From NCBI GenBank assembly GCA_039630415.1, contig JBCNVB010000018.1, forward strand, positions 35,233 to 99,232: DNA of 64,000 nucleotides, in the 5' to 3' direction. The DNA is from a bacterium (GTDB lineage: Bacteria; DRYD01). Positions within the stretch are counted from its first letter, which is position 1. Every line of letters starts with the position of its first letter. The notes beneath the pieces were generated by a model, which was given only the letters and a program-made list of their open reading frames with translations, made no database searches and was not told the DNA's origin. The position numbers were made by a program, and so were the translations under genes. This document shows positions 54,500 through 63,621 of this stretch, piece after piece.

Positions 54500-55210
54500 A
54501 TGAATTTGGAAAGTTTCATAAATTATCAAAAAAAACTCATAAGAATCAAATCAATAATAGGAACTATATTTTTAATTCCATTTTTTATAGTTATTACCAT
54601 TATTATCATACCTTATTTTTGGGACATTGACTACTATACTGACTCTTACAATAACACTTTTCAAAAAATGCTGTGTTCATGTTTTACAATATTTTTTCTT
54701 TTGCTTCCAACATTATTAGTTATTCTACAGAGCATTCTTGACAGTTATACAAAATTAAAACACTATATCCTAGAAAAAACTACAAATGCAAGAGATATAC
54801 AAATTTTACCTTGGGATAGTTTCAATTCCAAAGATCAAGATCATATTATTAATTCTCTTTGTTTACACTTGAATGATTTGAAAAATTCCCTAGATCCAAA
54901 CCTAAAAAAATACATAGATGCAGTTTTAAATTATATATCCAAGTCTAGAGATATCATACGTAACGAAGTGATTATAGCACAATCTAAACATTTTCTAAAA
55001 GCCATAGTAATTAGTGTAGTTCTAATACAAGAAGAAACAATTTCATTCATACTATTAAGTCCCGATAAGGATAAAACACATCAAAAACTTGAAATAGTCT
55101 ATACACCTAACACCACACTTATTCCACTTTTTTATAGTGAGAAAAACATTACAGGTGTTGTAAATCACTACAAGGAAATAGCATGGAGATTGAAAGAACT
55201 TGGTTTTTAG
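54500..55210 (+). CDS. array family A, divergent subtype A'4
   Basis: 236 aa. Shares the two-TM N-terminus, the H.IL.E.TN...QILPWD motif, and the C-terminal HYKEIAWRLKELGF. Confidence 0.55.
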   Translation: MNLESFINYQKKLIRIKSIIGTIFLIPFFIVITIIIIPYFWDIDYYTDSYNNTFQKMLCSCFTIFFLLLPTLLVILQSILDSYTKLKHYILEKTTNARDIQILPWDSFNSKDQDHIINSLCLHLNDLKNSLDPNLKKYIDAVLNYISKSRDIIRNEVIIAQSKHFLKAIVISVVLIQEETISFILLSPDKDKTHQKLEIVYTPNTTLIPLFYSEKNITGVVNHYKEIAWRLKELGF

Positions 55211-55953
55211 TAGAGTGTTACTTAATGTGCTTCATAACAACTGTCTTTTTATTTGCAGGTATCTACTCTTTACTTTTGAGACTTATAGAAGGCTTACCAT
55301 ATCTATCGTACAAGATACCTTTCGAGTCACTATTGAAACCAATATTTTTTAAATATAAATTAATTTTCAAATTGATATATTTTGCTATATCATTATTTTT
55401 GACGTATACTATAACTCCAACATTATTTAAATTTATTGAACACAAAGCAGAGAATAGATACTCTTATTACTTATGGAGAAAAACTTTCAAAAACGTACAT
55501 ATAGTTGGAGAAATAGAAATACAGAGATATGAACCTTTCGGAGCTAATCTTTTCAAATATATCCTGAAAAATCAGAAATTCACGAAAAAAGAATTAATAA
55601 TATACGAAAGAAATACACTAATGATTTACTACCACAAACAAACAAAAAAATATGCTGTAGCTTTAGCAGAGATAAAACTAGTTGAATATGAAAAAGTTAT
55701 AAGAGGAGGTGTTACAAATCAATATCTATTGTTTAATGGATTTGCTTTATTGATTCCAAATGAGATTTTAAATTATCAGATACCTAATAATTACTCAGTA
55801 TTTCTTGAGATTAGGAGTTCAAACTACACTGTACTAATGATAAATCATCCTGATAGCCTTTTTAAATTTGAATTACACCAAAAAGTTGATAATCAAAAAA
55901 TTCAAAATAGATTAGAAAAAATATTACAGGTAGTTAAAAACTTCTTATTATGA
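55183..55953 (+). CDS. array family B, divergent subtype B'4
   Basis: 256 aa. Starts MEIERTWFL, overlapping the A'4 stop by 28 nt. Contains the LLFNGFALLIPNEILN and FKFELHQKVDNQKIQ motifs. Confidence 0.55.
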   Translation: MEIERTWFLVECYLMCFITTVFLFAGIYSLLLRLIEGLPYLSYKIPFESLLKPIFFKYKLIFKLIYFAISLFLTYTITPTLFKFIEHKAENRYSYYLWRKTFKNVHIVGEIEIQRYEPFGANLFKYILKNQKFTKKELIIYERNTLMIYYHKQTKKYAVALAEIKLVEYEKVIRGGVTNQYLLFNGFALLIPNEILNYQIPNNYSVFLEIRSSNYTVLMINHPDSLFKFELHQKVDNQKIQNRLEKILQVVKNFLL

Positions 55954-56013
55954 AAAATTTTTCACAGGAAATATTAGAATTTGTAAGTAATTAATCTAAT
56001 ATAACCTATCAAC

Positions 56014-56784
56014 ATGAGTTTAGATAATTTTATAAACTATCAAAAAATGCTTATAAAAATCAAAACAGTAGTAGGAACTGTATTTTTTATTCCATTTTTT
56101 ACACTTACTGCTATTACCCTCACAGCCTATTTTTGGGACACTGATTACTATAAAAACCACTATTTTCACGAATTTGGAAAAGTAATATGTATATGTAGTA
56201 CATCACTTCCTTTTTTAGTTTCAATAATACTGTTCATAAAAATTAGCATTCATGAGAATTATACGAAATTAAAGTATCATATTTTGAAAGAAATTACAAA
56301 TACCCAAAATGTACAAATTTTACCTTGGGATGATTTAAATATTGAAGACCAGGTCTCCATCATTAAAACTTTTTATCTACATTTAGATGATTTAACAAAG
56401 TCTCTAAATCTAAATCCAAAACTAAAAAATTGTGCATATACAGCTTTACGTTATTTGTCAAGGTGTATACCAGATAAGGATCTTGACATACCAATACAAA
56501 CAGAATCATTTGTAAAAGAGCCTATTAGTATAAATGATGTAGTTCTGGTGCAAGTAATCAAAGATTTTCTAAAAGCTATAGCAATCAATGCTACTCTGAA
56601 TACAAAGGAAACAATTTCATTCATATTATTAAATCCAGACATGGACAGAACATATCAAAAACTTGAAATAGTGTATACACCCAATTCTACACCTAGTCCA
56701 TTTTTCTACAATGAGGTATTCATTGATGGTATAGTAAATCACTATAAGGAAATAGCATGGATACTGAAAAAATTTGGTTTTTAG
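56014..56784 (+). CDS. array family A, subtype A'5
   Basis: 256 aa. Paralogue of A'4 (HYKEIAWILKKFGF). Confidence 0.55.
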   Translation: MSLDNFINYQKMLIKIKTVVGTVFFIPFFTLTAITLTAYFWDTDYYKNHYFHEFGKVICICSTSLPFLVSIILFIKISIHENYTKLKYHILKEITNTQNVQILPWDDLNIEDQVSIIKTFYLHLDDLTKSLNLNPKLKNCAYTALRYLSRCIPDKDLDIPIQTESFVKEPISINDVVLVQVIKDFLKAIAINATLNTKETISFILLNPDMDRTYQKLEIVYTPNSTPSPFFYNEVFIDGIVNHYKEIAWILKKFGF

Positions 56785-57551
56785 CAGAGTATTACGTAAT
56801 ATGCACTATAACATTTATCTTCTTACTAATGGGTATTTACTCTTTTCTATATGTTCTTTTACCTTCAGCGAGTCAACCTGATAGATCAAGTCCACTACTT
56901 AGAAGATTTGTGGAATCACTATTTTTTAAATTAAAACCACTATTTTTTAAATATAAATTAATCTTTCAGTTTGTATACTTTGTCTTATCATTATTCTGGA
57001 CGTTCATAGGATGTTTTATGTTATTCGAATTGGCCAAACATCAAGTAGAAGCAAGGTATTCCCATTCTTTATGGAAAAGATTTTTCAAAAATATACGTGT
57101 AGTAGGCGATATAGAAATACAAAGATACGAACCTTTTGGTGTTAATGTATTCAAAGATATCCTTAAAAATCAGAAACTCTCTGAGAAAAAGTTAGTAATA
57201 TATGAAAAGAATGCACTAATAATGTACTATCATAAACAAACAAAAAAATATATTATAGCTTTAGCAGAGATGATTTTGATTGAATACGAAAGAAAAAAAA
57301 CACGTATTATTACCGACCAGAAACTTCTGTTTAATGGGCTTATTATATCCATTCCAAATGAGATTTTAAATTATAAGATGCTAGATAACTACTCAGTATT
57401 TCTTGAGATTAGAAGTTTAGACTATACTACGATCATGATAAACTATCCTCAAAGCCCTTTCAAATTTGAATTACAAGAAAAAGTTGATAATCAAAAAATT
57501 CAAGATAGATTAGAAAAAATATTGCAAATAGTCAGAAGCTTTTTGCTATAA
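56757..57551 (+). CDS. array family B, subtype B'5
   Basis: 264 aa. Paralogue of B'4. The corA ATG (57553) follows its stop (57549..57551) with a 1-bp gap. Confidence 0.55.
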   Translation: MDTEKIWFLAEYYVICTITFIFLLMGIYSFLYVLLPSASQPDRSSPLLRRFVESLFFKLKPLFFKYKLIFQFVYFVLSLFWTFIGCFMLFELAKHQVEARYSHSLWKRFFKNIRVVGDIEIQRYEPFGVNVFKDILKNQKLSEKKLVIYEKNALIMYYHKQTKKYIIALAEMILIEYERKKTRIITDQKLLFNGLIISIPNEILNYKMLDNYSVFLEIRSLDYTTIMINYPQSPFKFELQEKVDNQKIQDRLEKILQIVRSFLL

Positions 57552-57552
57552 A

Positions 57553-58644
57553 ATGAGATACAAAAAGCTTAGTATATTATCTAAAAGGAAAAACAAAGTT
57601 GGTCAACTACCTCAGAGTTATATCGAATCAATACAAAAAGATCAGCTAAAAGGTAAGATTGAGATTTTCAAGTTCAATTCAGAAAATCTGTACATGGATA
57701 CCATTTTGGATCCTCAAGATATCTCCAAACTAGAATCAATAATGCAAAAGATAGATAAAAAATACAACTACATAATAAATATAGATACCTTCCCAAATAA
57801 CATTATTCCAAAGATAATAAAGAACTATATAGACATAGATGATTTTATAATAGAGGATTTGCTGAACACTGATCAAAGGATAAAGTTTGAGTCAAGAAAA
57901 GGACTAGTATTTATTGTTATTAAAACTCCTGTAGAATATGATCTGGAAAAAATAAAACAAGATCAAGTAATCAAAATATACGAACAAATGTCTATAATAG
58001 CAACGGATAACATCATATTTGTGTTTCAGGAAGGTATCGAAGGAGATAACTTAGATCCCTTTAGAAAAAACATAAATAATCTAAAGCAAAACTCAATAGA
58101 ATTTTTTGTGTACTATCTTATAGACTTATGTATAGATAGGTATCTTGCTTTCATGGAAGATATAGAAGATAAACTTAGACAGGTCGAGAAAAAAATTTTT
58201 AGTCAAGAAAAATTTGACATAGAAGAAATCTACTTTTTAAGGAGTAATATTGGTATAATGAAAAGAGATTTCATAAATATTTTAGAGCTTGTAAAAACGC
58301 TCAAAGTATCCTACTTTTCAGAAAACATGAAATACTACACTCAAGATCTTCTTGATCATGCTTACAAAATGTTAGATATGTTGAATAATGTAGATGATTT
58401 TACTTCTTATTTGATGGAATCATATATTTCGATGATTAATTCAAAATTTAATGAAAGTGTAAGAATACTAACAGTAATTAACACAATTTTTGTTCCAGCG
58501 ATATTTATTGCAAGCATATATGGTATGAACTTTGAAAATATGCCTGAATTGAAATGGAAGTATGGATACTTCTTTACTTTATTTATCATCTTTTCAGCAA
58601 TTCTGTTTTCTTTGGCATATTTCAAGTACAAAAAGTACATATGA
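57553..58644 (+). CDS. corA: CorA-family magnesium/cobalt transporter
   Basis: 363 aa. The N-terminal cytoplasmic domain is collinear with T. maritima CorA. Two C-terminal TM helices carry the signature YGMNFENMPELKW (GMN motif). Confidence 0.85.
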   Translation: MRYKKLSILSKRKNKVGQLPQSYIESIQKDQLKGKIEIFKFNSENLYMDTILDPQDISKLESIMQKIDKKYNYIINIDTFPNNIIPKIIKNYIDIDDFIIEDLLNTDQRIKFESRKGLVFIVIKTPVEYDLEKIKQDQVIKIYEQMSIIATDNIIFVFQEGIEGDNLDPFRKNINNLKQNSIEFFVYYLIDLCIDRYLAFMEDIEDKLRQVEKKIFSQEKFDIEEIYFLRSNIGIMKRDFINILELVKTLKVSYFSENMKYYTQDLLDHAYKMLDMLNNVDDFTSYLMESYISMINSKFNESVRILTVINTIFVPAIFIASIYGMNFENMPELKWKYGYFFTLFIIFSAILFSLAYFKYKKYI

Positions 58645-60257
58645 GTCATAGATATATAAGCATTTTGTTTTGGCTGAGCATTTTTGTATATTTACTTCTT
58701 GGAATGAATAGCTTTATTTTTACTTATCCTGACGAAGGGAGAAATGCCTTTGCTACCCTATACATGATAAAATCAGGAGAATATATAGTCCCTTACTATA
58801 ACGGGGAAATAAGATATGATAAGCCTCCACTTCTGTACTACCTAGCTGCAATATCCTACAAGTTTCTATCCTTTTTTGGTGTAGAAAAGGTAGAGTTTAG
58901 TTTTAGATTAGTATCTGCTCTTGCAACTTTCTTTTCTTCAATAATTGTATATGAATTGAGCAAATATTTTATAAGTGGTTTATTTTATAGATATTTCAGT
59001 GTGGTAGTATACGTTAGCCTTTCAAATGTATTTGTTGAGTCAAAAGCGTTTGTTCCTGAACCACTTCTTTCCTTGTTTATAAACCTCTGTTTACTAAGCT
59101 TTTATAAAATATACCATGAAAATAACCTCAGGTGGAATATTGTTTTCTGGATAAGTTTAGGCTTGGGAATGCTAGCAAAAGGTATAATAGCGGTAATTAT
59201 TGTCTTTCTAGTAATATTTTGTTACCTCTTAATAAAAAAAGATTTAGGTTCAATAAAATTGATATTTAGGAATCTGTACAGCGTATTTTTAGGTTTACTT
59301 GTTGGAGTTAGTTGGTTTGTAATGGTTGGTATAAAAACACAGGGAGATTTTATTTATAAGTTTATAATGATTCATAATTTGGGAAGATTCACAGGGACTT
59401 CTAAAATGCATCTTAATCCTCTTTATTTCTACATTATCGTAATATTTGTTAATATCGTACCTCTATTTGAAATATTTGCTGTTTCCTTGTATTCCTTTAT
59501 AAGAAGCCTTTTAGATAAGCAAAGAACTTATAGTTTTCCACCAAATTTTAGTTTTCTTTTTGTATACTTTTTATCAATCTTTATTTTTTACAGTTTATCA
59601 CAAGGTAAAGTTCATCATTACATAATGCCGTGTTATATTCCTTTTTCTATCTTACTTGCATACTTTACAGAGAAGTATATATCTTTATACTTTAATAGGT
59701 TAGTTTTACTACTATCATTCATTCTTCCTTTATTAATCCTTTTCCAGAGGGTTTCGCAAGACTTTATACTAATCAAGAATGCTTTGCTAGTTTTGCTAAC
59801 AGCATTTAATTTAGTGTATTTCATTATACCCAAGAGATTTCTAGTAATCGCAGTAATAGTCAAGATATTTTTATTTTATATGTTTATAGTTTCACAGGTA
59901 GATAAATCTTTTCCCAACCAAAACAAACTTCTAGAACTAATCAAGGATAACTATATTTTGAAAGTTGGAGATATATCTACTCTATCTTTCTACAATCTTT
60001 ATATAAATAATTGCCATAAAACACCTGATCTATTTTATGCTATTCAATTACAGAGAATTGATGAAACAATTTATTTGGATATAGTAAGAAACTTAGAAAA
60101 TAACAGAAAAGTAATAATATTCACTAAACCAAGATATTTACAAAAAATGATGAGAATACTTGATAAACTTAGAATAAGTAATTTAGATACTCAGATAAAT
60201 AAAGTAACTGTTGCTCAATCAGTAATTTTTGCTATAACCCTAGATTTGGATAAATGA
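58641..60257 (+). CDS. ArnT/PMT-like (GT39/GT83) membrane glycosyltransferase
   Basis: About 538 aa polytopic membrane protein. The first periplasmic loop is YPDEGRNAFATLYMIKSGEYIVPYYNGEIRYDKPPL, and the DKPPL motif is typical of ArnT-family enzymes. The start is placed at the ATG at 58641, which overlaps the corA stop. Confidence 0.55.
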   Translation: MSHRYISILFWLSIFVYLLLGMNSFIFTYPDEGRNAFATLYMIKSGEYIVPYYNGEIRYDKPPLLYYLAAISYKFLSFFGVEKVEFSFRLVSALATFFSSIIVYELSKYFISGLFYRYFSVVVYVSLSNVFVESKAFVPEPLLSLFINLCLLSFYKIYHENNLRWNIVFWISLGLGMLAKGIIAVIIVFLVIFCYLLIKKDLGSIKLIFRNLYSVFLGLLVGVSWFVMVGIKTQGDFIYKFIMIHNLGRFTGTSKMHLNPLYFYIIVIFVNIVPLFEIFAVSLYSFIRSLLDKQRTYSFPPNFSFLFVYFLSIFIFYSLSQGKVHHYIMPCYIPFSILLAYFTEKYISLYFNRLVLLLSFILPLLILFQRVSQDFILIKNALLVLLTAFNLVYFIIPKRFLVIAVIVKIFLFYMFIVSQVDKSFPNQNKLLELIKDNYILKVGDISTLSFYNLYINNCHKTPDLFYAIQLQRIDETIYLDIVRNLENNRKVIIFTKPRYLQKMMRILDKLRISNLDTQINKVTVAQSVIFAITLDLDK

Positions 60258-61042
60258 ATATATTGATTATTTTATTTAGTGCAGGAATAGGCAAAAGGCT
60301 TAGGTTAGAGATCCCCAAACCACTTTGTCCTATTATGAAGACAAATCCACTAGATTATAACTTATCACAGTTAATTAGGTTTATGAATTCCATACCTTGT
60401 TACAACACTATGATATATATTAATCTGCATAAACAACCAAACATTGTATATGACCACCTATTTAAAAAATATCAAAAATTTATAGAAGAGCAAAAAATAA
60501 TTTTTATATATGAATCACAGCCTTTGGGACATATAGGAACGATTAATCTTCTGAAATATAACATAATCTCCTCAAATAAACTCGTTTTAATTAATTCTGA
60601 TACTCTGATACCCAACTTGGAAACCATCCTTGAAAAATTAATTCAAAAGGAACATAACTTTATGTTACTATATCAAATATTGCAAACACATAATTCAAAA
60701 ACACTAACTCATTTTGAAGTAATGCCTTATCTTAACTATTATAAAATAATCAAATATCATAAGGTAACACCAAATTCAACGAGAATCAATTTGTATACAG
60801 GTACAATGATAGTTAATATCAGTTACAACATTTCAAAATATCTATCCAAAGATCTTAGTAGCCTTAGTTTTCTTGATTTTGTTTCTTACCTAATAGAAAA
60901 TGATTTACTAGCTTTTTTTGTACCCAGGTTTTATGAAATTACATCTACGAGAGACTTGTTAGAAATTAATGTTTCATTTATTAAAGATCACTTATTTTTT
61001 GATATACTTTTTCCAACATTAAAGCCCTTGAACCTTTTATAA
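60254..61042 (+). CDS. sugar-phosphate nucleotidyltransferase-like protein
   Basis: 262 aa. N-terminal ILFSAGIGKRL resembles the NTP-transferase G-x-G-x-R-L motif. Overlaps the upstream gene by 4 bp. Confidence 0.4.
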   Translation: MNILIILFSAGIGKRLRLEIPKPLCPIMKTNPLDYNLSQLIRFMNSIPCYNTMIYINLHKQPNIVYDHLFKKYQKFIEEQKIIFIYESQPLGHIGTINLLKYNIISSNKLVLINSDTLIPNLETILEKLIQKEHNFMLLYQILQTHNSKTLTHFEVMPYLNYYKIIKYHKVTPNSTRINLYTGTMIVNISYNISKYLSKDLSSLSFLDFVSYLIENDLLAFFVPRFYEITSTRDLLEINVSFIKDHLFFDILFPTLKPLNLL

Positions 61043-62447
61043 AAATCAAATTCTTACCACTATTTTTCTTTATCTCTGGAAAATTCTTTAAAAGATCATC
61101 AACCGTTAAATAATACTTTGCATCATCAAAAAACTTATCTTTTAAATTATAAAAATTGCTTCCTATGTAATAAACCTTTACTTTTGATGGATATTTTGAT
61201 ATCCTTCTTACTATTTTAGCATGGTAAAACCTCGACATATTGCCCAACTCAAGCATATCTCCAACAAATAACCAAACCTTATCAAAGTATTTAAACACTT
61301 TTTCAACTACTTTCAAATTCTCACTCAATGATAGATAGTTACTATTATAATAATCAGAGATTATATAGATACTTGAAGATAGTTTATGAAAATAAAACCT
61401 ATCTGTTTCTATAGATGAGTTAAGAATTTCGGAAGAATTCACCAAAATCGATTTAATATATGCATCAATAGCATTTTTATCCACCAACAGAAAATCAGAT
61501 ATAATCCTTTGAGTAAGTTTTAAGCTAAATAGGAAATTGACTAAGGTAGAAAGAGAAATTATACCTTCAAATTTCAGGTTATATTTTTTACGATCGATTA
61601 TTATGTCCAAGGTTGTATGTTTTATGGTAGGAGAGTAATTCTTAATAAAACTATTCTTATTAGGTATAAAGTCAAAGTTTGAATAGTTAGTGTATAGACC
61701 TTTAATTTTGGAAGGTATGATGAAATAGCCGTGCTTCTTGAGCAAATAGTTAGTCAATTCAGATTCAGCCCTGATAACACCTTTTAGATTATAAACAAAC
61801 TCTAAATGTTCAGGCCCAATAGAAGTTATTATTCCGTAGTCAGGATCAGTATAGGAGCATAAATATTCAATTTGATTAAACCCCCTCATACCCATCTCAA
61901 GCACTAATATTTGATGTTGAGAATTAAGACTAAATACAGTAAGCGGGACACCGATTTCATTGTTGAAACTTTTTTTAGAAGATAGTACTTTAAATCCCAC
62001 AAATTCAAGCATATTTTTAAGTATGTTTTTAGTTGTTGTTTTTCCCGCAGATCCGGCAACAGCCACTACTTTTAACCCTTTTACCTTATGGTAGTTTACA
62101 ACTAACCTGGATAGTTCAGCCAAAAAAACAACAGTACTCGGCACTAGGATAAAAACACATTTTTCTTTCATATGTTCAGGAACTTTGGATATATTTTCAA
62201 TTACAAAAATTTTTACACCTTTATTATATGCTTGATCCATAAAATCATGCCCATCATAATTCTTTCCACATAAAGCAACAAAAATACCTCTTTCACTAAA
62301 ATTTATTTGTCTAGTATCAGTTAAAACATTTTCTATTACATAATTTCCCTGATTATGAATATTGACAACATCTATAACAGATGTATTTTGTATTATTTGA
62401 TTAAGTGTGAGTTTTATCATTTTTTTGTAAGGATTTTTCGTAAGCAA
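60981..62447 (-). CDS. murF: Mur ligase family protein, MurF-like (UDP-MurNAc-pentapeptide synthetase)
   Basis: 488 aa. The MurF-type N-terminus is TDTRQINFSERGIFVALCGKNYDGHDF. The ATP-binding motif is AVAGSAGKTTTK. Confidence 0.6.
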   Translation of the reverse strand: MLTKNPYKKMIKLTLNQIIQNTSVIDVVNIHNQGNYVIENVLTDTRQINFSERGIFVALCGKNYDGHDFMDQAYNKGVKIFVIENISKVPEHMKEKCVFILVPSTVVFLAELSRLVVNYHKVKGLKVVAVAGSAGKTTTKNILKNMLEFVGFKVLSSKKSFNNEIGVPLTVFSLNSQHQILVLEMGMRGFNQIEYLCSYTDPDYGIITSIGPEHLEFVYNLKGVIRAESELTNYLLKKHGYFIIPSKIKGLYTNYSNFDFIPNKNSFIKNYSPTIKHTTLDIIIDRKKYNLKFEGIISLSTLVNFLFSLKLTQRIISDFLLVDKNAIDAYIKSILVNSSEILNSSIETDRFYFHKLSSSIYIISDYYNSNYLSLSENLKVVEKVFKYFDKVWLFVGDMLELGNMSRFYHAKIVRRISKYPSKVKVYYIGSNFYNLKDKFFDDAKYYLTVDDLLKNFPEIKKNSGKNLIFIKGSRALMLEKVYQKISDL

Positions 62448-63621
62448 TTACAAAAGGCAGATAAATAAGAGCAGATATAATAATGTTAAATAAATTAAGA
62501 ATAATTGCTCTATAGTCCGTAGTAGCTAAGAAAGCACCTATAGGAGAGGGTAACATCCATGGTGCTTCCACATACACTTTTCCGACCAAATTAAGTGAAA
62601 ACGCTACAAAACTAATTGTACCTAAAATTAGTGGAACAATCATGAAAGGTACCAAAAAATAAGGGTTGAGAATAATTGGAATACCAAAAAGCAAAGGTTC
62701 ATTTATGTTAAAAAGAGAAGGAACAATAGCTCCTCTAGCAATAGTTCTTAAATAGGATGATCTAGAAAACAATAAAAGAATATTCAATCCTAAAGTAGAT
62801 CCAGCTCCACCAATCCATATAAACCACTGAAAAAATGGATAAGCCGTTATATAAGTTGCTTCCTTTCCACTAATAATCATCTCTGCATTAATAACCAAGT
62901 ACTTTTGCCACAAAGATAGAAAAATACTATTCACCAAAGATATACCATGTATACCCAGAAAATTCGTTAGATGCAAAAATATGTTCGTAATCCATACAAC
63001 CAGAATATTATCACCAAAATTCTCAAAAGGCAATAGTACCATCTTCAAAAACTCATTCAACTTCATGAAATTTGAAATAAAAGCTACAACTAAAAGAGTT
63101 ATAAGAAATGGTATAATCGAGTTCAAGCTATTAAGTACATACCTTGGAATAGAAGAATCATTCAAAACTCTAATCTGCAGTCTATTAAAAATATAGCAGG
63201 AAATAAATGAAATAATTATACAAGAAAACATATTTTTTACACCCAAAAGTGATATAAATTGAAATACACTCAGTTTATTCCAGTCTTCGTAGATTGCACA
63301 GCATACAATAAAACACACTGAAGAAACTAGGGCATATATTACACCATCCTTACCATAAAATACAGCAAAATTGTAGCCAATACAAAAAGCGAGATATATC
63401 GAAACAATACCCATGCTTACTAAATATAACTTTCTGAAAAATTCTACGTAAGATGCCTGTATACCATATTGCTTACAAAATACAAAAAATAACAAGAAAA
63501 AACTACCAACAACTATAATTGGTACCACATTTATCATAGAATTACGAAGTATAACTATGAAAGGAACAGAAGTTAGAGACTCTATTTTTGAGAGTATATC
63601 AATTATTTTTTGATATTTCAT
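62401..63621 (-). CDS. polytopic membrane protein (possible Wzy/O-antigen polymerase-ligase-like)
   Basis: 406 aa protein with at least 10 predicted TM helices. It sits in a glycosylation cluster. No diagnostic motif was found. Confidence 0.3.
   Translation of the reverse strand: MKYQKIIDILSKIESLTSVPFIVILRNSMINVVPIIVVGSFFLLFFVFCKQYGIQASYVEFFRKLYLVSMGIVSIYLAFCIGYNFAVFYGKDGVIYALVSSVCFIVCCAIYEDWNKLSVFQFISLLGVKNMFSCIIISFISCYIFNRLQIRVLNDSSIPRYVLNSLNSIIPFLITLLVVAFISNFMKLNEFLKMVLLPFENFGDNILVVWITNIFLHLTNFLGIHGISLVNSIFLSLWQKYLVINAEMIISGKEATYITAYPFFQWFIWIGGAGSTLGLNILLLFSRSSYLRTIARGAIVPSLFNINEPLLFGIPIILNPYFLVPFMIVPLILGTISFVAFSLNLVGKVYVEAPWMLPSPIGAFLATTDYRAIILNLFNIIISALIYLPFVIAYEKSLQKNDKTHT

Noticed and set aside
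50001-57551. Considered whether the A/B array is a CRISPR array, IS element cluster or prophage remnant.
   Set aside because: There are no short direct repeats with unique spacers. No transposase, integrase or terminase motifs, and no att-like flanking repeats. The repetition is at the level of diverged protein-coding paralogues.
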